63,440 nt of DNA, filler included, from Licmophora abbreviata (GCA_900291995.1; 12 parts of 12 records of this genome joined end to end with filler, not necessarily neighbours in it); one strand, 5' to 3'. Numbered from the whole stretch's first letter, positions 13,305 to 25,320 are shown. Translations and numbers: made by a program. The notes: a model not told the origin generated them from the letters alone.

Positions 13305-14733
13305 ATGGACCACGCGGTCGTTCGGAATGAGCAGAACCGACGAGAGACGACCAACGAAATCATGGCGCCTTTGAGTCACTCTTCGTCTACTGCCACCGCC
13401 AACGAATCTCCGTCGCTCTGGCGAAAGTCCCTTTCCGACTTGATCCTCCTGCAGCAAAGAGGTGACACCACGTTTGAAACAACGGCACACAAAAGATCGG
13501 CAATCCGTACCGAGAGACACCATGATTCTTTGTATGAACTACGAGAGACGGACAGTCTTTCGTCGAGTTTCAATAGTAGCGTCGTGAAGGCCGAGTCATC
13601 CGCAGCAACAGCAGACAATGCTTCGCCACCGAACAATAGCAGCAGCACTCTTCTCTNNNNNNNNNNNNNNNNNNNNNNNNNNNNNNNNNNNNNNNNNNNN
13701 TTAATTAATTAANNNNNNNNNNNNNNNNNNNNNNNNNNNNNNNNNNNNNNNNNNNNCAGCAGACAATGCTTCGCCACCGAACAATAGCAGCAGCACTCTT
13801 CTCTCGTCACACTCTGCCGTTCGGCAACGAACACCGCGCTCGGGTCTTAGACGCTCGTCACCTCGGCCAAGGAGTACTTCACCTCCCACTACAAACAACA
13901 ACCCGCTACGCCGCTCTCGCTGGCTCATTCCTGCGGACCATCCCTTGAAGGTTCTCTGGGATGTCATCACCATGCTGCTGTCCTTTGTCGCTGCCTACTT
14001 GACACACACTGCCATTCGAGATCGTTCGTTTGGGACTGTCACCTATGCCACCAACAATTACGGACGACTCCTCATGGACGTCTGGTTTGTCCTGGATATT
14101 TTGTTGAATTTCGTCACGGAACACAAGAACAGCGATGGACTTGTCTTGCGGGACGGAACGGCCGTGTGGGCGCGGTATCTAACGACATGGTTTGTTGTAG
14201 ATGCGCTCTCTCTCTTGCCGTGGGAGAGTGTCTATGTCAAGCCAATCATTGATCGGCAGAATCGCAGACACTTTCTCAAAAAATACTTTTTTCGGACGCG
14301 CGCTGTCATTCGTGTGTCTCGGTTCTTGCGAGGCCGACATGTACGGTTGTTTGGACAAGTGGCCAAGCATACGAAGCATGCAGGGGTGGGAGCGCATCGG
14401 TTGTTGCGACTCTTGATCAAGTATGTTCCCAAGTATCTACTCTTTTATCGCAACATGAAGGGAGTCCTGGCGGTGCGGGTACTGCGACAAGTTCATTGGA
14501 TACGAAAAGTCATCAAGAACTTTTGGGTGAGGGAGAAGGCAGATGATGCGACGGACTCGCTCACGCAAGACTACAATGAAGACGACGACGACTCCGACTA
14601 TCGCTTTGTTGTGGGGTCGTCCGATGACGACGAAGAGGAAGAGCAGGACGAGTGGGAGGAAGAAGTGATTTTTGTGTTTGATGATGAAATTGACGATTAC
14701 GATATCTATGATGATGATGGATCCCCGTTTTGA
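13305..14733 (+). CDS. KCNH/HCN-type S1-S4 voltage-sensor protein lacking a pore domain
   Basis: Frame is continuous across the overlapping gap flanks. WLIPADHPLKVLWD (S1), DVWFVLDILLNFVT (S2), ARYLTTWFVVDALSLLPWE (S3), Arg-periodic S4, then an acidic tail and stop. Confidence 0.8.
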
Positions 14734-15252
14734 TGTGATGAGAGGGTAGAAGAAGAAGGAATGATGTCTCGCGTATCATGCCAGCCGATGCGGATGAACC
14801 GCAGTGGCGCGTGTAGAGAGACTGTAACAAGAAACACTGTACCATACTAACTATTAAAAATACTATATAGAAGAAGAAGAATACCACTGANNNNNNNNNN
14901 NNNNNNNNNNNNNNNNNNNNNNNNNNNNNNNNNNTTAATTAATTAANNNNNNNNNNNNNNNNNNNNNNNNNNNNNNNNNNNNNNNNNNNNTATATAGAAG
15001 AAGAAGAATACCACTGAAACTGTTACTGCCATGATAGGATCAATCAATCGCTGGCAGATGAATAGAGTGAATGAAGTCTACAGGTAGAGGGCTCAATCGT
15101 CGGTCTCATTCTCGCTGTGGTCCTGTCTCATTGTCTTGCTGACGTCGGCAAAAGGTATCCTTTTTTCAAACGGAACTTCGTTTTCGAGAGTTCATCATCA
15201 CAGTTTCAAGTTTGAAACCAATTTCACACATTGCTCTTGCTTCTTCATCAGT

Positions 15253-17337
15253 ATGATGATGCCACGACGCAACTCCCGGCGCTCTTTGCCAACCCGTGCC
15301 GCCAAGGCGTCGTTGCCAAAGGCAGACGATGACCATGGTGATGGACTGCCGATGATCCAGGCGGCCGTGAAACCCGCGACTGACCAAGACAGACGTCGTC
15401 GCGTGAGATCCGAGTTGCCTCCAAAAAAGCGACCGCAAGTGCTGTCACAGTCGCCGTCTCGCGGGAAAGATGCAAGTCGTCTGCAGGTCATCCACGAAAA
15501 GCTGCAGTCGATCAAGACGGAGTATGTTGAGGAGGAGAGAAAAGGAGAGGAAGGAAAGAGTCAAGAGGTGAGTGGATTTTCTCAATTTTGAGTTTCGTCA
15601 TGATGAGCAGGATGCACCGTGCGCTCACGCAGGTCTTTTACACACTTTTTTCTATTGATGATGCATTGACTGCAGCCTTCTCTGGTGACAGAAGAATCGA
15701 ACTATGACGCGGCTTCAAAGAAACAGGTAAGAAATCTCCTCATCATTCGATACGACTCTCTGTCATTCAGAAAGCCTCTCACTTTCGTTCTTTCGCGGTG
15801 CTTGTTCTCTAGAGCAACGGAGTTGGCTGGGATGGGTCAGTCTCCAGTAAAGCGATTGCTCTCGACGACGGTCCCTCGGCAGATCGTTTGCTCGCCGCGT
15901 CCAGTGCCATCGTGAACCTTCCATCGCCACCTGCCGACTTTCCGTCGATCCCCACCCCTCTTCCAGCGCTATCGAACGGAACACTTGGTGTCGCGACGGG
16001 CACAGAGACGAACACTCCGTCCTTTGCTCCGGCGACAGGTCGGGCTGATGTCAAACGTGCTGCGGCGGCGGCCTCTATGATGTCCAGCTGGAATTCATCC
16101 TTTCCTTTTGACTGGAACCCCGATCTTCCGTACCACCACACGCCCTCCGACATGTATGGGTACGCCTTTGGATTCGACGCACACCGAGATGTCGAGATGG
16201 AACAGAGCGGCGACGAGGAAATGTCTCACCGGGAAGAAAGCGACGCCAAGCAAGCCGCTCTCAGCGCGGTGGCTTCTCGTCCTCGCGAAACGCTACAAGG
16301 CGAGGATCGTGAGCCATCGTCGGACGTCTTGTGGACTCCCAGAGATCATTTTGGCGCCGTCGTCCTGTCACTCGTAGACGGTACACCGCTTGCCTTGCTG
16401 GAGAGCGTTGATGTGGACGTTTCGGAACTCTTTCGCGCGGGCGCCATTCACGCGACGACTCCTGTGAAGAGTGCGAAGCACGGACCTACTAGCTCTGCTA
16501 CACCGACAACGCCGGCCCAGTTTCAGCCGGGCCGAAAGTACTTGCGCTGGACCGACGAAGAAGACGACGTGTTGCGCCAAGCTGTCGATGGACAGGGCCC
16601 TCCTCCCATCAACTGGAAGCGTATCTCGCGCAAGTTCTTTCGTGGAATGCGAACGTCGATGCAGTGCAAAAATCGTTGGAAGAAGGTATGTTTTTTTTCC
16701 AATGTGTGAAAGTCGACTCTTTATATCATACGCTGCTCCGCCGTCTTTCTCACTCTTTTATATTTCTCGCCTACTTGTCTCGTCACTGCAGGTTCTCATG
16801 CCCGGTCTTCGCCGCGATCCGTGGAGCAAGGCGGAAGACGCGATTGTCTTGGATGGCGTGCGCAAGGGCCTCAAGTGGAGCGATATTTGCAAGAGTCTCA
16901 AGGGACGAATCCCCGAACAGGTCCGCGACCATTGGATGAATCAGCTCGACCCGAGCATCAAGCGGGACCCGTGGACCGAAGAGGAAGTGGAGATTTTGTT
17001 TCGTCGCCAAGCCCAGATGGGAAACAAGTGGTGTGAGATTGCCAAGTGCCTCCCGGGCCGATCGGAGAACGCCGTGAAGAATCGCTGGCACAATGCCAAG
17101 GTCGCACAGCGACGCAAGATGAAGAAACTAGCCAAGGAAGCTGAAATGGCGCAGCGTCTCAAGGAGGCGCGCAGTCAAGGCGAACTTACGGAACAAGAAG
17201 AAGCGGCCATGGCAAAAATGGAGTCGCATCTCGTGACGGAGGTTCCGACAGAGGCGGAAATTGCCATGTTCAAGACCGAGTCGCTCAAGACGGCAGTGGC
17301 AGCATCGAATGACGACGACATCATTTGCGAGATTTAG
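15253..17337 (+). CDS. R1R2R3-Myb transcription factor
   Basis: Three Trp-spaced Myb repeats (WTDEED, WSKAED, WTEEE..LPGRSENAVKNRW); GT-AG introns at 15568-15675, 15727-15812 and 16686-16791 preserve frame. Confidence 0.9.
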
Positions 17338-17602
17338 TGTGATACGAGTACGAGCATACCCAATTTTTGACTTAGAAGTACTATAGTACTGATTGTAGAA
17401 TGAATAGCATGTTCTGTGTTGTTACGATGCCGCGATAGAGTGGTGCTACTCCCTTATGCAATATAATATATAAACCCCAACAAGCCAACAAGAGACCTCT
17501 GANNNNNNNNNNNNNNNNNNNNNNNNNNNNNNNNNNNNNNNNNNNNTTAATTAATTAANNNNNNNNNNNNNNNNNNNNNNNNNNNNNNNNNNNNNNNNNN
17601 NN

Positions 17603-18085
17603 ATCCACCGGCATTGGATAGTGGTGTTGTTGCGGCATCATGAGCATCCCGGGTGCTTCAGGTGCCGGATAGGAGGACATCATATTATTATTATTAAAAC
17701 TATTATCATATTGAGAGGGTGGAGCAAAGTTCATCATCATCATCATTTGTTGTTGTTGTTGCATACGATGAAGCATTTGAAGACGTTCCATGTAGTCTGC
17801 ATCCGGGGCGCCAGTAGTAGCAGAGCTAGTGTAGGCAGAGTATGGGTCTGCAGGAGCACTCGTAGTAGAAGTAGTACTGCCCAGAGACAGACGCTGCTCT
17901 GCCATGGAAGCAGTCGCTTGTTGTTGTTGTTGTTGTAAGAGCTGTTGCATCAGCATGGGTGGATAGTACTGCGATGCAGCAGCAGCAGCAGGATTGGTGT
18001 CGCTCAGTTCGTTGTTGTTGGTATTTGGAGGATCGCTGGGGTGATTGGCTCCAGGAGCAGCACCGTAGGGAAAGTAGTTTTGCAT
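17603..18085 (-). CDS. Q/M/N/P-rich protein; only the N-terminal part is visible (probable transcription regulator truncated by gap)
   Basis: ATG ORF with poly-Q/M/N activation-domain-like composition running into gap 17503-17602. Confidence 0.6.
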
Positions 18086-18975
18086 GGCACAGAAGATGAC
18101 TATATACTACCAGAACTGCACTGTAGTAGACTGCTCTTGAAACTGCAGTCCAGAAGGAGAGGATGATATGACAATCGATCCGTCGTCCCTGGTTTGTGTG
18201 ATTGAAAACAAGCAAGATTGCAAGATTGCACTCGCATCTTCCACACGAACGGAGAGAGTGCATTGCCCTTCCTCGTACATTCTACAGCAACGTCCCTACA
18301 TCTCCACCACAGTGCTCACGTTGCTGTAGATGGCTAAAGCAAAACGTTAACAATCAACGGGTATCGATACATGTAGGACTGTTAATTATTGAAATCAAGG
18401 CTCCTAAGAATTCAAATCAAATTTCTCTATGTACTCAACTGGCAGCATAAATCACTCGCACAATGGCACTGCTGGCGTTCGGAAAATGTTTACTTAGGCG
18501 TTTCTTTGAGTATACTTCTATTCAAACACGTATACCCACTGGTAGCTCCATCGCCGTTCTGTCCTTCGAACAGTGTCTGTAGGTTCAGTACTTGCGTCTA
18601 CGCATATGGCACTTCTGTCGGTCTTATGTTTGCGGTTGTTTATCGCTGGCTTGCGCGGGAACGTGTTTGATAAGACCGCAGAATTAGTTCGATCTGGCAT
18701 CAGCGGGTGGCGATAAGGAAGAGGGACACTTGGGGAGAGGCTCTATACTAGTACCTTTGTCTGGACAGTCTGTATGATAGTAACAGTGTGCTCTCACAAA
18801 ATAGGATACTAGCAAACCACAACGAAACGACGAATGTAAGTCCTGGTGTATGATAGTAACAAGGCTCTCTTGCATTGTAGACTACTAGTAGTAGTCTTGG
18901 TACGTACGTCTCTCTTGCCACTCTCTCTCACACTCATGAATGACCCTCTGTTGTCTTTTTTGTGTTTTGCAGACT

Positions 18976-20268
18976 ATGAGTGCTCCTCCTCCTCCCCACA
19001 ACAACAATGCCTTTGGTGGCACGAATCAAGACCCCAACCTCTACAACAACACGGACGAACAGCAACAGCAAGCTGCCATGCGTCAGCAGCAACTGGCCAT
19101 GCAGCAGCAGGCCATGATGGCAGCCTACGGCGGTGACCTCTCTGGATCCTCCAATCCAAACAACAACAACAACAACGCTCTGCTTTCTCAAATGCTCATG
19201 GGACGTACTCCTACCGATACTACTACTACCGATCCGAATGCTGCTGCCATGATGGCTGCTGCTGCCTACGGTACTACTACTACTACTACTCCTATGGATC
19301 CACAACACCAAGGCTTTGGAGCTGCTGCGGGTATGGCAGGAGGATACCCCGGAGCCTACGGCCAAGCCATGTACGGTGCTGGAGGCACAATGATGGGAGG
19401 AACGGACTCCGCGGCAGCAGGAGGTCTCCCACAACAACAACAACAAGGCTCACTCATGGATGGCATCCACCAGAACTCTCTCATTCTGCAGCAACTCCTT
19501 CAACAACAGCAAAGTCTTCAACAAGGTTTCGGAGGCTATCCGCAATACCCCGGTTTGACCGGTCTTGGTCTCTACGACAAGGACAGTCTGGCGAGTCTCT
19601 ATGGCGGCAACCGCATGATGGGTGGTGCGCTGCCGCGCAACATGCATCCCGAGGCCATGGCGGCCCTCCGGCCGGGGCCGGTCAAGTACAAGAGTGCTCC
19701 AAGGAAGAAGAATAAGAATCGACCGCGAAGACCTCTCAGTGCCTATAACATCTTCTTCAAGGAAGAGCGGCAGAGGATTCTCAAGGAACTGCCGGGGAAT
19801 GAAGAAGGAAAAGAAGAACAGGAAGACTCCAACAACAAGAAGCAAAAGGGTGAGGATGGAGAAGCTGTCAAGAAGGAAGATGCAGAAACACTCCAAGACG
19901 ATACCAAAGAAGACGGCAAAAAGTCGGCCAGCCAAGACACCGACTCGTCGACGGACGTCAAGAAGAAGCGCAAGAAGAACCCGCATGGCAAGATTGGTTT
20001 TGAGAACCTTGCCAGAATGGTCGGCAAGCGATGGAAGGCGCTTGACGATGAGTCCATGAAGTACTACAAGGCCAAGGCGGAAGAAGATATGAAGCGTTAC
20101 AAGGAAGAGATGGAAAAATTCGTCACCAAGCAACGACATGAAGAATCCGGTCACGGAGCGGACGTTCGTAAGACGATGAATGGAAGTGAGAATGAGGGAA
20201 GCGTGAAGAAAGAAGACGGGGGAGAAGAGGTCAAGAATGAGGACGCAGCAAACAGTGAGGAAGTGTAG
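18976..20268 (+). CDS. HMG-box protein with Q/G/M-rich N-terminus
   Basis: RPRRPLSAYNIFFKEERQRI...HGKIGFENLARMVGKRWKAL...DMKRYKEEM (split HMG box); probable 5'UTR intron at 18900-18972. Confidence 0.92.
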   Translation: MSAPPPPHNNNAFGGTNQDPNLYNNTDEQQQQAAMRQQQLAMQQQAMMAAYGGDLSGSSNPNNNNNNALLSQMLMGRTPTDTTTTDPNAAAMMAAAAYGTTTTTTPMDPQHQGFGAAAGMAGGYPGAYGQAMYGAGGTMMGGTDSAAAGGLPQQQQQGSLMDGIHQNSLILQQLLQQQQSLQQGFGGYPQYPGLTGLGLYDKDSLASLYGGNRMMGGALPRNMHPEAMAALRPGPVKYKSAPRKKNKNRPRRPLSAYNIFFKEERQRILKELPGNEEGKEEQEDSNNKKQKGEDGEAVKKEDAETLQDDTKEDGKKSASQDTDSSTDVKKKRKKNPHGKIGFENLARMVGKRWKALDDESMKYYKAKAEEDMKRYKEEMEKFVTKQRHEESGHGADVRKTMNGSENEGSVKKEDGGEEVKNEDAANSEEV

Positions 20269-20438
20269 GACTGGTGGAGCAAAGAGGTCGTGGGAGGTTC
20301 GATCTCTCGCTGGTGGGTTTTATTATATGTTGAGTGCTGTAGTGAATGTCATTGTCTTTTAAAAGAAAAAAGTTGATGAATGATAATGCCTTGCTGTTGT
20401 CAAAAGTAGTCTACAGTGCATATACGCAGCACGCCGCA

Positions 20439-21821
20439 TTACGACTGCCACGTCGACTCCTCGAGATCTCTCGTCATGCGGGTTGCCATGCGCCTTGCTT
20501 CGTCAATGTTACCGGGCAGCACTCTTCGACAGGGTGTGCCCTTTGGAAGTGCAAATACAAAGTAAAAGTGGTTGCTGACACGTGCATCTGCCTCCTCGGG
20601 AATGGTCACCCACGCCTCTACTTGCACCATGACGAGCGGCATGCCCTTGTGATCTTCCACGTAGTTGCCCAAGTAACCGCCTTCCGGCATGGTGTACAAG
20701 ACTTTCGAATTGAAGACGAGCAAGTCACCAACGTCCACTGGTGATTCGAAAGAAATGTCGTCCACTTCCAGAAAGAGCGGTCGCGTACCTCCAAAGACGT
20801 AGGCATTGGCAAAGGCCAGCTCAAACGCTCGTCGCATCAAGAATCCTCCAAAGATACGATCGTGCAAGTTTCGAACTTGCGGCTGGGCGACCATGGCATT
20901 CTGCATTCTCGTCTGACGCATAAGTATAGAATGCGGGTCTGCCAAACTGGGCATGCTGATGAGAGCACCTGCCTCTTTGAGCAGCGCGGCTGCCGTACGA
21001 TCCAGCTCGAGGTTCGCTTCGGTGAGGGGCTGTCCGATTTGTACACGGTTCTTGCGCGCGGTCTTTCTCGCCTGGGCCTTGAGCGCCCCCAGTTCAAAGT
21101 GGGCTCGCTCTTCCGGGGTCTCTGGCAGCAAGGCTGGTACTCGCGTGGCCTTTTTGGTTTCTGGGTCCAGCGTGACAAAGGTAACGTATGCCTCGAGCCA
21201 CTCCTCGCCAGCGGCGTCGTTGCACTGCATACGGATTTCCATGGACGACTTGCCCACCCATGTGACCTTGCCCGACAAGTGCTGGTCGCAGTGCATCTCG
21301 GGTCTTCGACGCAATCGAATGCGATCCACCGACGCCGTGACAATGAGAGGGATCCCTTCCACGTGATGAAAGGCAATGTTCCCAGCGAGCGCATCCAGAT
21401 CTTCCAGAATCTTTCCGAAGCGCATCTGTCCCCACGGATTCCGGTAGGTTTCATCGAGAAACTCGTCTGTCGAAAAGGGGTAGGAGATGGACGTTTGACT
21501 CTCAGTGGGCGTCTTGCCGCTGCTATCTTGTTTCTCCTGACGTCGCATTTGTTCCATGGCAGCTGCGGCAGCTCTGCTGACTTCTGTAGTGCTGGCACCA
21601 TCGCCACGCCCATCCAGATCCATCTGCAGTCTCTGTTTGCTTTCTTCGCGAGCCGCCCACAGTTTGGCGACAATGGGATTCTTCAATTGGCCGACAATGG
21701 GTCCCTTGGTCGCATCGTCGTCGACTGTGGATGAAAGCGAGCGTCGTCGACACCATGATCGACGCCGGGCAAAGAAAGAAGGCCCGAGTCGACGAGACGA
21801 AACGCGAGACAAACACTGCAT
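20439..21821 (-). CDS. ACOT9: Mitochondrial acyl-CoA thioesterase 9-like (double hot-dog fold)
   Basis: R/S-rich presequence; RFGKILEDLDALAG, IVTASVDRI, VTWVGKSSMEI, RNLHDRIFGGFLMRRAFELA. Confidence 0.9.
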   Translation of the reverse strand: MQCLSRVSSRRLGPSFFARRRSWCRRRSLSSTVDDDATKGPIVGQLKNPIVAKLWAAREESKQRLQMDLDGRGDGASTTEVSRAAAAAMEQMRRQEKQDSSGKTPTESQTSISYPFSTDEFLDETYRNPWGQMRFGKILEDLDALAGNIAFHHVEGIPLIVTASVDRIRLRRRPEMHCDQHLSGKVTWVGKSSMEIRMQCNDAAGEEWLEAYVTFVTLDPETKKATRVPALLPETPEERAHFELGALKAQARKTARKNRVQIGQPLTEANLELDRTAAALLKEAGALISMPSLADPHSILMRQTRMQNAMVAQPQVRNLHDRIFGGFLMRRAFELAFANAYVFGGTRPLFLEVDDISFESPVDVGDLLVFNSKVLYTMPEGGYLGNYVEDHKGMPLVMVQVEAWVTIPEEADARVSNHFYFVFALPKGTPCRRVLPGNIDEARRMATRMTRDLEESTWQS

Positions 21822-22382
21822 CGTCCTAAACAGTCCAATATATAAGTACTGCCCCCGTCTTGGTGTAGCTTTAATAGAGGAAAGGGCGGGAGAGAGACGA
21901 TATTCGATATTCGAATATCATGGAAATTGAAAAATACCAGAAGCTGTGAGATGGAACTTTGAGTGATTGCAATGATTGTTTAACAGTTAAGGTGAAGGTG
22001 CGATGCAAAAATATCATAGCGAGCAGGCGCGCGCCTGCCGACCAAAAGACCGCGTGAGACCCGGAAATGGAGTTTCAATTGAAGTTCTGGCGCGCCTAAA
22101 AGATACCCGGCGTGTCATACGATACGATAGCGTCGTTCGAAAGGGGCGAGGTACATACCTGATGCTGCTGAACCCTATACTTCTGTTACAGTGGTGTTGT
22201 GGCGTCGCTTGGGAAGTTATGCATGAGGTGGGAGACTTGCTGAAGCTTACAAAGAGAAAGAGCTGACGAAGACGAGAACCGCATCGTGGTTTTCGGCAGT
22301 TCGAAACATCATACGTAGACTTCTTGCGTTTTCTGAAACTTCTTGAGCGCTGACTGGGATACTTGAGTGATAATACACTGCA

Positions 22383-23401
22383 ATGGCTTTCCTACGACGA
22401 TACTGTTTCCATGCCAGGAGTCTCTGGACAGTCGTATTCTTGCTGATTTTGTGGGCCAGCAATGGATACATGCTGCCATCACCTTTCCTGCCACAAGGCT
22501 CCCGTCATCGAGTCTGCACACCACCAAGGCCCAGAGTGGTCCTACTTTGGCAGTCTAGTAGCAAGGAGGACGGTGATATCGCGGTCGACTCCAAAAACAA
22601 CACTGCCCCGTGGTTGAGACCTGGCGAAACGGGCTTTATTGATTTTGAGACCGAGCTACGGTGCGTGCAACGCGTGTCAAGGCGAGTCTCGTTCTAGTGC
22701 TGATATGCGCGCTTACTATACAGTAGTATGCTCTTGTACTCTCTCTCTCTCTCATTATCGACAGAAAAATGGAATCGTATTGGAAGGAGCGTGTCACTGA
22801 AATCCAGGATGCCTACGATAGTTTACGAGCCGAATCGGTCAAGGTCCAGGAGTCGCTCGAGCGAGAACTCGGACAGCAAATTGAGTTGCGGAAGAATGAA
22901 ACGCAATCGTGGCAAGCCAAAATGAACCAATTGACAGATCAAGGCACGGCGGCATACATCAAGTCTCTGGAAGAAGAACGTGACATGCTCGAGGCGGAAC
23001 TGAACGAACTGACAGAAAAGTATGTGCAAGAGAGTATGGACTGGGAGGATGCGTACGAATCTCAACAAGATGAACACTTCAAGGAAGTGAAAACTCTTCA
23101 AGAGCAAATAGTGGTGATCCGAGACGAAGCAAAAAAGAACTTGGCGGAAATGGCGACGCAAGCCGAGCAAGTCAAGACGAAACTCTTGGACCAGTTGTTT
23201 GTCAAGGACGTGGCGCTGGAAGAATCAAGCATATCGCTAAATATAACGGAGATAGCTCTGGAGGAGAGCGAAGAAACTGTGGTGAAGCTTGAAACGGAAC
23301 GGGAATCGCTAAGGGCGATGGCCGGGATATCGTGGAAGCTAGTCAAAGGGCGAGTCGGGAATCGCGTGAATCGAATACTGCGGAGAAAGAAAGACACTTG
23401 A
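22383..23401 (+). CDS. Probable plastid-targeted coiled-coil protein
   Basis: Signal peptide ending ASNG-Y plus transit-like segment; intron 22661-22764 joins it to the 22769 ORF in frame; E/K/Q heptad-rich. Confidence 0.7.
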
Positions 23402-23568
23402 AGAGCTGTCTGCTCAAAGTAGATGAAGGCAAGAAAGACAAGGAAAGACATTCGGCAAAAATCAGCGCATGGCTCTCGCGATATCGCATCCGAAAAGACA
23501 ACTACTGATACTCAATGCTATCAATTCTTATGACTCTAATCGACTACACTTGTAGCTCGGCAACACAT

Positions 23569-25320
23569 TCACAAATCCCCCGCCTTTGGAACTCCCAATG
23601 CATCCAGCTCCTCGTGGCAGTTGAACGCGTATCCAATGTCGGGGTAGCCATGCGGTCCTGGCTTCAAGGAGGTTTTATGATGAATCGACGCCCACGTGAC
23701 CACATTTCGTCGCCCGGATGTCAAGGACGTGCCAACGGTAAAGGTGAGGCCTCGTTCAAAGGCATACTGAAGTCTCTTCAGCAACTCTTTACCATCGCTT
23801 GGGAGATAGGCGGTACGGGATGCTCCCGCAAAGCGTACTCCAGGATGGTCATGGCAATCACTCTGCACCCCCGAAGGAATCTTGTACTTTATAGTATACG
23901 TCCCGTTCATACCATTGCATCGCTTGAATGCGTGGTACTCAATCGTCATGGTGCCAGCCGGGCACTTTCCAAAAGGCTCGCCGACCAAAACGCGGCACAT
24001 GGGACACTTGTTGGATCTCTTCAACGCCTCGTCAATACATTCCTTGTGAAAGGCATGTTGGCACTTGATGAGAGACGCGAAAGGACCGTTCACAGTACAC
24101 ATGCAAATAGGACATTCAATCTCCTCCTTGCTATGCGTGTGTATCCAGTAGCACGGTTGACTCGGGCTATTCTCCTGCCACGCCGCAAGAGACTCGGGTC
24201 CCGCGCATTGAACCGTCACAACTTTTGCTTTTCTAGTCATCCAAAACGGTGGTTTTATCATGCGCTCTCGCAGGGAATGCTGAAATATCAAATCCTCAAA
24301 GGACGGAACGACTCGACGAATGGTCGTCGGACGTTGATTCCAAAGTACATCGACGAGACTCTGAAGCTGCGAATGCAGACAGAAAAGCACTTCTGCGTTG
24401 TTGGCGTTCGATCGAGGAAAGTGAAAGAGCGGCAAGACTTGAGGACTGGTTCGAAGAATGATTTCATCAAAGTAGGACGACTTTGGATGTTCCAAAGTGA
24501 CATGACGACCCCCGGTGTCTTTCTTCATGAGCTTGTTCCCGAGCAACGTGTCGGCCGCATCGGAGGCTGCATCCTTGCCGTACTTTGTCATCTGTTCCAC
24601 GATGCCTTGAATGTAGAGCACCACAAGTCCCAAGTCACCGTAGGGCAGAAAGGCATGAGGATTGTTGGCAATGTATATTCCAGAACCAAAGCAGGTGCCG
24701 TGTCGATTTTCTTGATTGTCCCCACCTTCGACCAAGAGACCGTTCTGAGCAATCGAAGTCAAATTCTCACATGAAGTGTAATGAAATCCAACCATGACGT
24801 GAATGGGCCTTTTGGCAGTCCGGAACTCTTGTTGAAGACGCACAAAGTCGTTGGCGAGATAGTAGAGACACCCGGGGGGAAGCATTTGAACGTGAGAAAA
24901 TTTTCCCTGAAACGTTTGAACGAGTCTGCCAACCAGCTGAAACGGGTCCAAGTGATGAGGTTTGTTGTTGGTTGCGGAAAAGACGGGAGATGCCCCTCTA
25001 CTAGTAGAAGCAGTAGCGTTGACCGACATGGGTGGCGTGTCCTTGTCAACGGCGTCTCTCCGGAGACGGGCGACACGTGTTTGAGCTTGCTGTGACAACA
25101 GGAATTCAAGAGAACGCCGAGTCTGATGAGGTTTGCGAGATGACGGTTTCCGATTTCCGAGAGAGCGGATGAGTTTGCCGTTTGCGCAATCGTTTTCAGT
25201 CGGGTTTCTCAATAAAGTGCTCGAGCTTTTCTCGAGGTCTTGACAAAGCTCGCAAAGCATCTTCAAAATATCACTACGCCAGACGGCATCTGTATATCCA
25301 TACGTACTCTCCCCTATCAT
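23569..25320 (-). CDS. PARP-like ADP-ribosyltransferase domain fused to a RING-H2 and Deltex C-terminal (DTC) E3 ligase module
   Basis: ART motifs GFHYTS..SIAQNGL, FGSGIYIA, DEIIL..QVLP; RING CPIC..CQHAFHKEC..CPMC; DTC motifs RTAYLP, AFERGLTFTVGTSLTSG..VTWASIHHKT..HGYPD. First in-frame ATG is at 25320 (the ORF is open to 25542). Confidence 0.88.
   Translation of the reverse strand: MIGESTYGYTDAVWRSDILKMLCELCQDLEKSSSTLLRNPTENDCANGKLIRSLGNRKPSSRKPHQTRRSLEFLLSQQAQTRVARLRRDAVDKDTPPMSVNATASTSRGASPVFSATNNKPHHLDPFQLVGRLVQTFQGKFSHVQMLPPGCLYYLANDFVRLQQEFRTAKRPIHVMVGFHYTSCENLTSIAQNGLLVEGGDNQENRHGTCFGSGIYIANNPHAFLPYGDLGLVVLYIQGIVEQMTKYGKDAASDAADTLLGNKLMKKDTGGRHVTLEHPKSSYFDEIILRTSPQVLPLFHFPRSNANNAEVLFCLHSQLQSLVDVLWNQRPTTIRRVVPSFEDLIFQHSLRERMIKPPFWMTRKAKVVTVQCAGPESLAAWQENSPSQPCYWIHTHSKEEIECPICMCTVNGPFASLIKCQHAFHKECIDEALKRSNKCPMCRVLVGEPFGKCPAGTMTIEYHAFKRCNGMNGTYTIKYKIPSGVQSDCHDHPGVRFAGASRTAYLPSDGKELLKRLQYAFERGLTFTVGTSLTSGRRNVVTWASIHHKTSLKPGPHGYPDIGYAFNCHEELDALGVPKAGDL

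Noticed and set aside
23515..24774. 419-aa antisense ORF (also 944-1780, 20862-21734, 27923-28831, 62011-62841)
   Set aside because: Shadow ORFs opposite well-supported genes, with no motifs
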